This document shows, piece by piece, positions 34,701 to 47,835 of a stretch of 64,000 bases of DNA. The number at the start of each line of letters is the position of its first letter. Within the stretch, counting starts at the first letter, position 1. A program made the position numbers and the translations under genes. This DNA is from Haplodiscus bocki (Eukaryota), in assembly GCA_965655095.1 (NCBI GenBank), contig OZ296648.1, positions 8,742,001 to 8,806,000 on the forward strand. The letters run 5' to 3'. The notes under the pieces were generated by a model that saw only the letters and a list, made by a program, of their open reading frames with translations, was not told where the DNA came from and did not search any database.

Positions 34701-36934
34701 AAGAGAGCTTTCAAGTTTTTGGGAAAAGAAGTGTTGGAGAAGTTTCCCAGTCCTGCATGTTGCTCAAAAAATTCTCAGTAACAAATCCACTGCGAAACCC
34801 TTGAATTGATTCTACGAACCATCAAAGCGCCACTGTTTTTGAGGGTTTTTTTCCTATTAGCGTAGCACTGACAAAACATCACTTTTTGACTTCTGAAGCG
34901 TAAAAGATCACAGAAAACAGGCTTTCATTACAAGTTTTAGCCATGATTTCTGTCATTTCATATATTTTGGCTTTTGTTTTTGCAACCATTGGCTGCTGGC
35001 AGCTTTATGCATCCATGAGCCGAAAGGATTTCCAAAAACGAGATGTTGTTACTTGTTTCTGGAAGTTTTAGTGCCGCTACCTTCTTGGACCTTAGGAACA
35101 CGTTTGAGATATGTCTAAACGCTAATCTCTCATAACCAAAAGTTTTTTCTCTTGAATAGCATCAAAGAAAACGGTTCCACGCCCTGTCTCTGGTCTTTTG
35201 GTTGGCAATCAGTCGAAAAATGCAACTTTTTGACATCATTCCACAGTGTTGAACTAGTTTAAGCAAAGGATCCGAGATTACCGGATTTTGAGGATGCTTT
35301 TTTAAATTTTTTTTGTTTATCAATAACTCATTTGGATTTCAAACCACAATTAGGTGCCCCTAGGAAGTTTTTAGCACCCATTGGATCTGAAGAATTTCCG
35401 AAAAACGAGGAGTAGTTACTCGATTTTGAAAGTTTTATGGACGTTACTTACTAGGACCCTAGACACGCTTTTTAGGTGTGCCTAATTTATGAAATCTCAC
35501 CCCTGAAGAATGTTTTCTCTGAATAGAATCAACAAATGCTTTCAAAGGTTGGCTCCATTCCATGGACTTGTAATAAAATTTAAAAAAAGTTTTTTGGGTT
35601 CGTTTTTCAGTACTGAATTAGTTTACGTAAATCGTAAGAGTATCGAGAAAACGGATTTCGACCACTGGTTTTGTCCCTTTTTTTCAATCTTGTACTTTTT
35701 ATTCCGTATTCAGCAACCAAATACCCTTGGCAGCCTTGTTTTCTCCATGGGTGTAGAAGACTTCCACAAAACCGAGACTGGTAACTTGTTTTGAAAGTTT
35801 TGTTGGCGTTACTTGTTGGGACCTGAGACACGCAATTCAGACATGGCTCCAAGCAAAATTCTCTCTCCTGAAGCAAGTTCTTTTCAAGAAGTGCACAAAG
35901 AAATGCCTTCATACGTTAGACAAGTCCTTGGGTTTGAGTTACATGCAAAAAACCAGTTACTTGTGTTCTTTCCAGAGTATTGAAATAGTTGACGTAAAAC
36001 TTCCGGGAAGACAGGTTTTGTACGCTGGTTCTGTCGGTTATCATCTTCCGTTTCTACCTTTTTGCGCATTTGTTTCTCAACCAATTGCCTTCGGTGGCCT
36101 TGTTACATGAATGGGCGTGAATGATTTCCTTAAAAACGAAGGCTTGTAACTTGGTTTGAAAGTTTTAAACGATTAAATTGGCAGTACCTGAGACACGCAA
36201 TGCCGACATGCCTGAAAGTCCAAAACGCATCGTCTGGTAAATGTCGGTTGTAGTTTTGCGAGAAGTAATTTATGTGTTCTTTTTTTGTAGGAGAAACACA
36301 CGAGCTGCTATCTTGATGCATTCTTCAGTCAAAGGGCGGCATGTTCTTCCGCGCTTCGCTCGTTTTTTAAGCAGATAATCCTCTTTCTTCAAAAAACGTG
36401 GAGTAATCTGAAAAAAGTAACATTCAGCATGTGGTTAAACAAACTTAAATGATTATATTAGGAAAGTATGAGTTAACGTCTCTCTCTTCCCCGATATCGA
36501 ATCGGAGATAATCCAAGATCACGTGCTCTTCCATTTCTGGCAGTTTCCTGCATCTTAGATTTGGAGAAACGTCGTTTTCACCATCCTTCTCGGAGGATTT
36601 GGAGTTCGAATAGATTTGAAAACAAACAAGTGAAACATTTATTTCTTCCCACAAAAAAAATAACACAAAAGCTTTAACGCTCTTTGTTTTTGTTCGTTCG
36701 CTTTCTTGATCTGCGGGATGTTCCTGCTCTGTTTTGTCAGCAGTGCAATGCTTCAATTTTTGAAATAAATGCTCATGCATCAAACATTGTCTTCAGATCC
36801 GATGCCTGTGTCATCTGAAGTCTGTGGACCCATGTTTATTCGACTGGCGGTTGCAACATGGAAAACAATAACATATAAATTACCCATTGAAAGAAGTCTT
36901 TGTTGTTTTCACTAACCCATGTGTAGTCCACCAT

Positions 36935-38095
36935 CCGTCCTGCTTCCCCGGTTTGTTTTTTCACAGCTTTTTGGTGCCTTGCGCCTGTTATGGCCCATGG
37001 CTTTGTCCACCGGTTGCTAGATGGCAGGTTCACTGATTTTCTGCGCTCAAATGGAACACATCTGCTTCCTGTTGTGGTTCGTTGTGAACCTCAAGCTTCA
37101 TCTAATTTTGGTTTTGAGATGTCTGCCCCAGTTCTTGAGGTTGTTTGGTGAATCACTGCGCCCCTTCTCGTAACTTTTCTTTAAGACGAGTCCCGAGGGT
37201 GGATTTTTGCGGTTTGTTCAACATTTACGTAATGAACGAAGAGTTGCTTCGCCTCCAATTAAGTAAAGAGTCTTAGGGCCGAACGAAGTGAAAAATTTGT
37301 TAAACATCATTCTTGAACAAGTCGCTGGATGACGTGACTGCGGGTCTTTCCCCTTAATAAAAAGAACATAATTGGTTACTGTATGGTTTTTCCAGGAGAA
37401 GTGTGGTGGAATCTTTCGAATGGACAGCGTCAGTTACTTGAAATTCTCTGAACAGAAAGAAGTAACTTCTTCCTATGAATTTTCGCTTTAGGTGCCAAGG
37501 GCTTTACAAAGTCCTGGTCTTGTCTATCTCGGAACAGTTGATCAAGATGTTCGTGCGCCAAGTTGGTGGTGGAGTGAGACGACGTGCATTGCGAAAAACT
37601 CTGATCCCAAATAAACAACAGCACAAAGTTTCATACTTGTCATTCAGGTTATATTTCAAGTACTCTGCTTCCCGCAGTAGGTTCTCTGCCCTTTCGAATA
37701 TCAGTTTTTGACCTCATTGAAGGCTCAGCAGTGGGGAGTTCACCAAAGTACAAGTATATCTGAGCCTGTTGCCGCTTGTTGGATGCCTTGCAGATAGTTT
37801 CCTTGAAGTTCACAAGTTTTTTTGTCCTTTGTGGCTCCGAGGTATTTGTTCGGTTCACTAGCACCATTTTTTTCAGTCAGGAAGTCTATGAAATCGATCA
37901 ATCCTTGACACACTTTCTTGTTCGACTTGGGAGCCGATATGTCGCGCAACTCACTTATGAAGTGGGAAGAAGAGGCATAACCGTGAAACCATTTGTTGTC
38001 AGCAGGCCCTCTAATCCGCCGAACGTTCAAGTGAAGGAATATGTCATTATACTTTGCGCAACCGCGTTGGAAGTATGGGCGGCGATTTTTCACGT
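36935..38095 (-). pseudogene. YR-like region, copy 4
   Basis: Homologous to copy 1; reads AMGHNRRKAPKSCEK. Confidence 0.6.
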
Positions 38096-41000
38096 ATTCG
38101 TTCGGAGCCTTGTTTTAAAATCAGCTATGTGTGCCACACTCTGCAGCTGTGTTCTCGCTTCTGACTTTGAATAGGTTTTTTGTTTTGACGTTTGTGCTTT
38201 CCCAAAGTGGCATAAGTTGCGAAAAAATAGAGGAACGTGTTGGTTTATATCTAACCGATGACACTGGGGTCCAAGTTGTATTTGTGCTTCTCGGCAGATC
38301 GGCATTGTCCGGTAGTGAGTGTTGTATCTGCACTTGTCTCGTCAGGTAGTGGACCCTGATGGGCCGGTGGCACACAACACTAAACATGTTTTCTGAAACA
38401 GACTTTTTTCGTCTGCCCCAACAAAACGAGCAAAAACTCTTTGAGATCGGAATTAACCCTGCAGTTCAACTCCAGTCGATTTCTCTTTTCAACGTCATTT
38501 CGTTTTCTAAATCATTTTTTTCACGTTCAATCTTCATTCCAGTTGAAAACATTACATTATTAAGGTGATATCACTTGACATATCTTACTTCTCTTCAGTG
38601 GAATCAGCAGTTGCTATCTCATGCTTCCGGTCACGTTTTCGTGATTTGGGTTTCGATTAACTACAGAGGAAAAGTTTGTTCCAGACATTTATATTAACAG
38701 TCCACCGAAATCTTTGCTGAACTTGCCAACCTTGGCATTGGCTGCTGTTCTTGACTACTGCTTCCTGCCCTCGGTTGCAATTACTACCGGAAGAAGGAGC
38801 ACTTTCAGACGTGTCTGATTGGGCTTCTCGTTCTCCATTTTTGCTGGAAGAAAAGTGGAAAGCAGTCAGTGACTTACACCCTCATTTGAAATGATTTTTT
38901 GAGTTAGTACAACTGATAAGAACCTTTACTTTTATTGCTTACGCAGTTCTGTCTGAGACACTGTCTCATCAGATGTGACGTTCCAATTTTTTAGTATCTG
39001 CTGTGTTCAGAAAAATCAAAATTGTCTCAATTACATCGAAAGAAAATTACTTACTACAAATCTCCAACCAATGCTACCTGTTTCCGTCGGATGCAGTGGT
39101 GAAACAATGTTTGAATTTCATGGCGTTGATAGAACGTCATTCTCTTCTTTTTCTTGACATATTTTTCAATTTTTTCCAGGGTCTGCTCGCTGTATGTATT
39201 CATTCGATTCTTAATCTTTCATAAACATCAAAACTTTCCTTCGTACAGAGGAGAGCAAATTGATGTGTACCGAAGTTCTAAGTGGAAGTATCAGTCTGGC
39301 TGTGAGACGGTGATAAGTCAATGCTGTGACTGTGCTGATCTGGTAGAAAGTCAATTGCGGGATCGAGAACCACTTTAAAAAATAAAAATAAATATACTTT
39401 TCATTTCGTTAAACATCAGCTGACCAAAAGCTAAAAATCGACTCAACATCAATTGAATACAAAAACAAGTCTAATAAGCGAAACAAAATGATTACCTTGC
39501 GTTGCTTTGACGATCTTCCTTACCAGTTTTTCCTTCAAAATTGTTTGATGAAGTTCATCTACGCTACTTTTGTCTAGCACTTGCCCTCTTCTCCGGTTAT
39601 TGATTTGTCCCTGGAAAAGAATGGCTTGAAAAAACTTTCCCAGCTTGTTAAAACCGTTTGGCGAAGCAAAAGGCATCAGGAAGAACTTATAGAGTGCTTC
39701 AGTGTACGTTCCCATAAAACAACGAAAAATCCAGCTTGTGACTTCCTTTAGGAAAAACGTATTTTCCACAAGTCTTTTTTGACATTTCGTAGAAAAAGTT
39801 TCAAATTGAAAGACAATTCCTACAACCAAGTGTGCGAACTCCCCTTACCGTTTCATATCGGTCAATAGTTTTGACACACACGCCTGCACTTTCTCCATCT
39901 GAGGCTCTAATTTTGTTGGGGATATCACGTAGCATGTTGCACAAGGAGAGAGCTTTCAAGTTTTCGGGAAAAGAAGTGTTGAGGCGGTTTCATAGTCCTG
40001 CATGTTGCTCAAAAAATTCTCAGTACCAGATCCACTGCGAAACCCTTGAATTGATTCTACGAACCATCAAAGCGCCACTGTTTTTGAGGGTTTTTTTTCC
40101 TATTAGCGTAGCACTGACAAAACATCACTTTTTGACTTCTGAAGCGTAAAAGATCACAGAAAACAGGCTTTCATTACAAGTTTTAGCCATGATTTCTGTC
40201 ATTTTATATATTTTGGCTTTTGGTTTTGCAACCAGTGGCTGCTGGCAGCCTTATGAAACGCTGAGCCAAAAGGATTTCCAAAAACGAGATGTTGTTACTT
40301 GTTTCTGGAAGTTTTAGTGCCGCTACCTTGTTGGACCTTAGGAACACGTTTGAGATATGTCTAAACGCTAATCTCTCATAACCAAAAGTTTCTTCTCTTG
40401 ATTAGCACAACAAAAAACGCTTCCACGCCTTGGTTTTGGTCTTTTGGTTGGCAATCAATCGAAAAATGCAACTTTTTGACATCGTTCCACAGTGTTGAAC
40501 TAGTTTAAGCGAAGGATCCGAGATTACCGGATTTTGAGGATGCTTTTTTAAAATTTTTTTTTGTTTATCATTAACTCATTTGGATTTCAAACCACAATTA
40601 GGTGCCCCCAGGAAGTTTTTAGCGCCCATTGGATCTGAAGAATTTCCAAAAAACGAGGAGTAGTTACTCGATTTTGAAAGTTTTATGGACGTTACTTACT
40701 AAAACCCTAGAGACGCTTTTTAGGTGTGCCTAATTTATAAAATCTCACCCCTGAAGAACGTTTTCTCTGTATAGAACCAACAAATGCTTTCAAACGTTGG
40801 CTCCAGTTCATGGGCTTGTTATTAAATAACAAAAATAGGTTTTTTAGGTTCGTTTTTCAGTACTGAATTAGGTTACGTAAATCGTAAAAGAATCGAGAAA
40901 ACGGATTTCGACCACTAGTTTTGTCCCTTTTTTTCAATCTTGTACTTTTTATTCCGTATTCAGCAACCAATTACCCTTGGCAGCCTTGTTTTATCCATGG

Positions 41001-42261
41001 GTGTAGAAGACTTCCACAAAACCGAGACTGGTAACTTGTTTTGAAAGTTTTGTTGGCGTTACTTGTTGGGACCTGAGACACGCAATTCAGACTTGGCTCC
41101 AAACAAAATTCTCCCTCCTGAAGCAAGTTCTTTTCAAGAAGTGCACCACGAAATGCCTTCATACGATAGCCAAGTCCTTGGGTTTGAGTCACATGCAAAA
41201 AACCAGTTACTTGTGGTCTTTCCATAGTATTGAAATAGTTGACGTAAAACTTCCGGAAGACAGGTTTTGACCGCTTTTTCTGTCCGCATTTTTCTTCTGT
41301 TTTTTTCTTTTTTTCGCATTTATTTTCTCAACCAATTGCCTCGGGCGGCTTTTTACATGCATGGGCGTGATTGAATTCCAAAAAAAAAACGAAGACTTCT
41401 AACTTGGTTCGAAAGTTTTAAATGATTAAGGACCTGAGACGCAATGCAAACTTGCTTGAAAGTCTCGATTTTCAACGTCTGGTAAATGCCCGTTGTAGTT
41501 TTGCACGAAGTTTTTTCCTTGTTCCTCAGTTGTAGGAGAAACAAACGAGCTGCAATCTTGACGCATTTTTCAGTCAAAGGGCGGCATGTTCTTCCGCGCT
41601 TCGCTCGTTTTTTAAGCAGATAATCCTCTTGTTTCTTCAAAAAAGGTGGAGTAATCTGAAGAAAGTAACATTCAGCATGGGCTCAAACAAACTTAAATGA
41701 TTATATTAGAAAAGTGTGAGTTAACGTCTCTCTCTTCCCCGATATCGAGTTCGAGATAATCCAAGATCACGTGCTCTTCCATTTCTGGCAGTTACCTGCA
41801 TCTTAGATTTGGAGAAACGTCGTTTTCACCATCGCTCTTGTAGGATTTGGAGTTCGAATAGAACTGAAAAACAAGTGAAACATTTATTTCTTCCCACAAA
41901 AAAAAAACACAAAAGCTCTAACGCTCTTTGTTTTTGTTCGTTCGCTTTCTGGATCTGCGGGATGTTCCTGATCTGTTTTGTCAGCTTTGCAATGCTTCAT
42001 TTTTTTGAAATAAATGGTCATGCATCTAAAATTGTCTTCAGATCCAATGCCTTTGTCCTCTGAAGTCTGTGGACCCATGTTTATTTGATTGGCGGTTTCA
42101 ACATTGAAAACAATGAAATATAATTTTGAGGAAAGTATGAAATCAAAGAAATCTTTGTTGACCTACATTTTTTGCTCAGTATAATTCGCATGTTTCTTGA
42201 CTTGGTTGCTGGCCATCCCACTAAATAAAGAATGATCCGTCAAACAAGGACGTCATTTTTC

Positions 42262-43190
42262 ATCGTAACCTTTGCTTAAGACGAATCCCGAGGGTGGATT
42301 TTTGCGGTTTGTTCAACATTTACGTAATGAACGAAGAGTTGCTTCGCCTCCAATTAAGTAAAGAGTCTTAGGGCCGAACGAAGTGAAAAATTTGTTAAAC
42401 ATCATTCTTGAACAAGTCGCTGGATGACGTGACTGCGGCTCTTTCCCCTTAATAAAAAGAACATAATTGGTTACTGTATGGTTTTTCCAGGAGAAGTGTG
42501 GTGGATTCTTTCGATTGGACAGCGTCAGTTACTTGAAATTCTCTCAACACAAAGAAGTAACTTCTTCCTATGAATTTTCGCTGTAGGTGCCAGGGGCTTT
42601 ACAAAGTCCTGGTCTTGTCTATCTCGGAACAGTTGATCAAGATGTTCGTGCGCCAAGTAGGTGGTCGAGTGAGACGACGTGCATTGCGAAAAACTCTGAT
42701 CCCAAATAACAGCACAAAGTTTCATTTTTGTCATTCAGGTTACATTTCAAGTACTCTGCTTCCCGCAGTAGTTTCTCTGCACTTTCGAATATCAGTTTTT
42801 GACCTCATTGAAGGCTCCGCAGTACGGAGTTCACCAAAGTACAAGTATGTCTGAGCCTGTTGCCGCTTGTTGGATGCCTTGCAGATAGTTTCCTTGAAGT
42901 TCACAAATTTTTTTTGTCCTTTGTGGCTCCGAGGTATTTGTTCGGTTCACTAGCACCATTTTTTTCAGTCAGGAAGTCTATGAAATCGATCAATCCTTGA
43001 CACACTTTCTTGTTCGACTTGGGAGCCGATATGTCGCGCAACTCACTTATGAAGTGGGAAGAAGAGGCATAACCGTGAAACCATTTGTTGTCAGCAGGCC
43101 CTCTAATCCGCCGAACGTTCAAGTGAAGGAATATGTCATTATACTTTGCGCAACCGCGTTCGAAGTATGGGCGGCGATTTTTCACGTATT
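42262..43190 (-). pseudogene. YR-like region, copy 5 (RK…MGH segment deleted)
   Basis: The junction at ~42262 joins ggacgtcattttt directly to tcgtaac. Confidence 0.58.
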
Positions 43191-46100
43191 CGTTCGGAGC
43201 CTTGTTTTAAAATCAGCTACGTGTGCCACACTCTGCAGCTGTGTTCTCGCTTCTGATTTTGAATAGGTTTTTTGTTTTGACGTTTGTGCTTTCCCAAAGT
43301 GGCATAAGTTGCGAAAAAACAGAGGAACGTGTTGGTTTATATCTAACCGATGACACTGGGGTCGAAGTTGTATTTGTGCTTCTCGGCAGATCGGCATTGT
43401 CCGGCAGTGAGTGTTGTATCTGCACTTGTCTCGTCAGGTAGTCGACCCTGATGGGCCGGTGGCACACAACACTAAACATGTTTTCTGAAACAGACTTTTT
43501 TCGTCTGCCCCAACAAAACGAGCAAAAACTCTTTGAGATCGGAATTAACCCTGCAGTTCAACTCCAGTCGATTTCAACGTCATTTCGTTTTCTAAATCTT
43601 TTTTTTTCACGTTCAATCTTCATTCCAGTTGAAAACATTACATTATTAAGGTGATATCACTTGACATATCTTATCTTCAGTGGAATCAGCAGTTGCTATC
43701 TCAAGCTTCCGGTCACGTTTTCGTGATTTGGGTTTCGATTAACTACAGAGGAAAAGTTTGTTCCAGACATTTATATTAACAGTTCACCGAAATCTTTGCT
43801 GAACTTGCCAACCTTGGCATTGGCTGCTGTTCTTGACTACTGCTTCCTGCCCTCGGTTGCAATTACTACCGGAAGAAGGAGCACTTTCAGACGTGTCTGA
43901 TTGGGCTTCTCGTTCTCCATTTTTGCTGGAAGAAAATTGGAAAGCAGTCAGTGACTTAAACCCTCATTTGAAATGATTTTTTGAGTTAGTACAACTGATA
44001 GGAACCTTTACTTTTATTGCTTACGCAGTTCTGTCTGCGACTCTGTATCATCAGATGTCACGTTCCCTGTGGATATCGATCTATCTGTATCTTCTGCGGA
44101 GGAACCGTAAACTATGCATGTACTAAGTTGTGCTCCCAAGATCTTTTTCTCGATCACTTCCTAGAGAAAGATAAATTTTCAAAAAAGGTTGCTATTGAAA
44201 AACTCCTGGCAGAAATTGATCGATTTTTTAATGAACATTTTGGAGTTGCTTGTGGTTGCTCGTTTCGTTTTCTTTCTTCCAGTCGAATTCGAAATTGATT
44301 TGAAAAAGTGGAGCAACAGTTCAGCAGTTGATAGGAATTGATTTTCTACCTTTGAAGGATTTCTGGATTATCTGAAAATGAAAGTGTCTCCTCAGATGTG
44401 GTTGGTTCCTTTCATACTCCAATGGACTTACTGTAGGAAGATATGTTTTGAGTTTCCCATGAGTTTTCTTACTATGGCAACATATTTTTATAGTTCAAAA
44501 TTTCTGCGTTTTTTTGGGAAACAATCGAATGTGATTTTTGCGCTAGTCACTAAGTTCATTATTAAAGACTTCTTGGACATGTTTCAATTCACTTTCGTTT
44601 CAGTGTACGTTCCCATAAAACAACGAACAGTCCAGCTCGTGACTTCCTTTAGTATAAACGTATTTTCCACAAGCCTTTTTTGACATTTCGTAGAAAAATT
44701 CTCGAGTGGAAAGACATTTCCTACAACCAAGTGTGCGAACTCCCCTTACCGTTTCATATCGGTCAATATTTTTGACACACACGACCGCACTTCCTGCGTC
44801 TGAGGCTCTATTTTTGTTGGGGATATCATGTAGCATGTTTCCAAGAAGAGAGCGTTCAAGTTTTCTGGAAAAAAATGCTGGGCCAGTTTCATAGTCCTGC
44901 ATGTTGCTCAAAAAAGTTTTCAGTAACAGATCCACTGCGAAACCCTTGAATTGATTCTACGAACCATCACAGCGCCTTTTTTTTGGTGTTTTTTTGCTTA
45001 TGAGCGTAGCACTAATAAAACAACACTTTTTGACTTTTGAACCCTAAAAGATCGCAGAAAACAGGCTTTCAACAGTTTTAGCCATATTTTCCGTCTTTTT
45101 ATTTATTTTAGTTTTCGTTTTTGCAACTAGTGGCGGCTGGCAGTTTTTTGCATCCATAAGCCTAAAAGTTTTGTTGACGTTACTTATTAGGACCTTAGAC
45201 ACGCATTTTAGATGTGCCTATATTCTAACTTCTCACCCCTGAAAAATTTTTCCTCCGAAAAAAAAATCAGAAAACGCTTTCAAGCGTTGGCTCCAGTTCA
45301 TGGGCTGGCTATTCATTAAAAAAAAGTTTTTTACGTTCGTTTTTCAGTATTGAATTAGTTTACGTAAATCGTAAAAGTGTCGAGGAAGCACATTTCGAGC
45401 ACTGGTTTTGTCCGTCTTTTTCTTCAATCTTGTACTTTTTATTCCGTATTCAGCAACCAAATACCCTTGGCAGCCTTGTTTTATCCATGAGTAAAGAGGA
45501 ATTCCACAAAACGAAGACTGCTACTTTGTTTTGAAGGTTTTTTTGGCGTTACTTGTCGGGACCTGAGACACGCAATCCAGACATGGCTCCAAACAAAATT
45601 CTCCCTCCTGAAGCAAGTTCTTTTCAAGAAGTGCACAAAGAAATGCCTTCATACGTTAGACAAGTCCTTGGGTTTGAGTTACATGCAAAAAACCAGTTAC
45701 TTGTGTTCTTTCCAGAGTATTGAAATAGTTGACGTAAAACTTCCGGGAAGACAGGTTTTGTACGCTGGTTCTGTCGGTAATTATCTTCCGTTTCTACCTT
45801 TTTGCGCATTTGTTTCTCAACCAATTGCCTTCGGTGGCCTTGTTACATGAATGGGCGTGAATGATTTCCTTAAAAACGAAGGCTTGTAACTTGGTTTGAA
45901 AGTTTTAAACGATTAAATTGGCAGTACCTGAGACACGCAATGCCGACATGCCTGAAAGTCCAATACGCATCGTCTGGTAAATGTCGGTTGTAGTTTTGCG
46001 AGAAGTAATTTATGTGTTCTTTTTTTGTAGGAGAAACACACGAGCTGCTATCTTGATGCATTCTTCAGTCAAAGGGGGGCATGTTCTTCCGCGCTTCGCT

Positions 46101-46675
46101 CGTTTTTTAAGCAGATAATCCTCTTTCTTCAAAAAACGTGGAGTAATCTGAAAAAAGTAACATTCAGCATGTGGTTAAACAAACTTAAATGATTATATTA
46201 GGAAAGTATGAGTTAACGTCTCTCTCTTCCCCGATATCGAATCGGAGATAATCCAAGATCACGTGCTCTTCCATTTCTGGCAGTTTCCTGCATCTTAGAT
46301 TTGGAGAAACGTCGTTTTCACCATCCTTCTCGGAGGATTTGGAGTTCGAATAGATTTGAAAACAAACAAGTGAAACATTTATTTCTTCCCACAAAAAAAA
46401 ATAACACAAAAGCTTTAACGCTCTTTGTTTTTGTTCGTTCGCTTTCTTGATCTGCGGGATGTTCCTGCTCTGTTTTGTCAGCAGTGCAATGCTTCAATTT
46501 TTGAAATAAATGCTCATGCATCAAACATTGTCTTCAGATCCGATGCCTGTGTCATCTGAAGTCTGTGGACCCATGTTTATTCGACTGGCGGTTGCAACAT
46601 GGAAAACAATAACATATAAATTACCCATTGAAAGAAGTCTTTGTTGTTTTCACTAACCCACGTGTAGTCCACCAT

Positions 46676-47835
46676 CCGTCCTGCTTCCCCGGTTTGTTTT
46701 TTCACAGCTTTTTGGTGCCTTGCGCCTGTTATGGCCCATGGCTTTGTCCACCGGTTGCTAGATGGCAGGTTCACTGATTTTCTGCGCTCAAATGGAACAC
46801 ATCTGCTTCCTGTTGTGGTTCGTTGTGAACCTCAAGCTTCATCTAATTTTGGTTTTGAGATGTCTGCCCCAGTTCTTGAGGTTGTTTGGTGAATCACTGC
46901 GCCCCTTCTCGTAACTTTTCTTTAAGACGAGTCCCGAGGGTGGATTTTTGCGGTTTGTTCAACATTTACGTAATGAACGAAGAGTTGCTTCGCCTCCAAT
47001 TAAGTAAAGAGTCTTAGGGCCGAACGAAGTGAAAAATTTGTTAAACATCATTCTTGAACAAGTCGCTGGATGACGTGACTGCGGGTCTTTCCCCTTAATA
47101 AAAAGAACATAATTGGTTACTGTATGGTTTTTCCAGGAGAAGTGTGGTGGAATCTTTCGAATGGACAGCGTCAGTTACTTGAAATTCTCTGAACAGAAAG
47201 AAGTAACTTCTTCCTATGAATTTTCGCTTCAGGTGCCAAGGCTTTACAAAGTCCTGGTCTTGTCTATCTCGGAACAGTTGATCAAGATGTTCGTGCGCCA
47301 AGTAGGTGGTCGAGTGAGACGACGTGCATTGCGAAAAACTCTGATCCCAAATAAACAACAGCACAAAGTTTCATTTTTGTCATCCAGGTTATATTTCAAG
47401 TACTCTGCTTCCCTCAGTAGTTTCTCTGCTTTTTCGAATATCAGTTTTTGACCTCATTGAAGGCTCCGCAGTAGGGAGTTCACCAAAGTACAAGTTTGTC
47501 TGAGCCTGTTGCCGCTTGTTGGATGCCTTGCATATAGTTTCCTTGAAGTTCACATAGTTTTTTTGTCATTTGTGGCTTCGAGGTATTTGTTCGGTCCACT
47601 AGAACCATTTTCAGTGAGGAAGTCTATGAAATCGATCAATCCTTGACACACTTTCTTGTTCGACTTTGGAGCCGATATGTTGCGCAACTCACTTATGAAG
47701 TGGGAAGAAGAGGCATAACCGTGAAACCATTTGTTGTCAGCAGGCCCTCTAATCCGCCGAACGTTCAAGTGAAGGAATATGTCATTATACTTTGCGCAAC
47801 CGCGTTCAAACTATGGGCGGCGATTTTGCAAGTAT
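46676..47835 (-). pseudogene. YR-like region, copy 6
   Basis: Near-identical to copy 4 over its left part. Confidence 0.6.

Noticed and set aside
44600-44935. ORF considered as a SET-domain fragment
   Set aside because: No NHS/ELxxDY motifs; a different frame is the longer open one in other units, and this ORF ends at a deletion junction.
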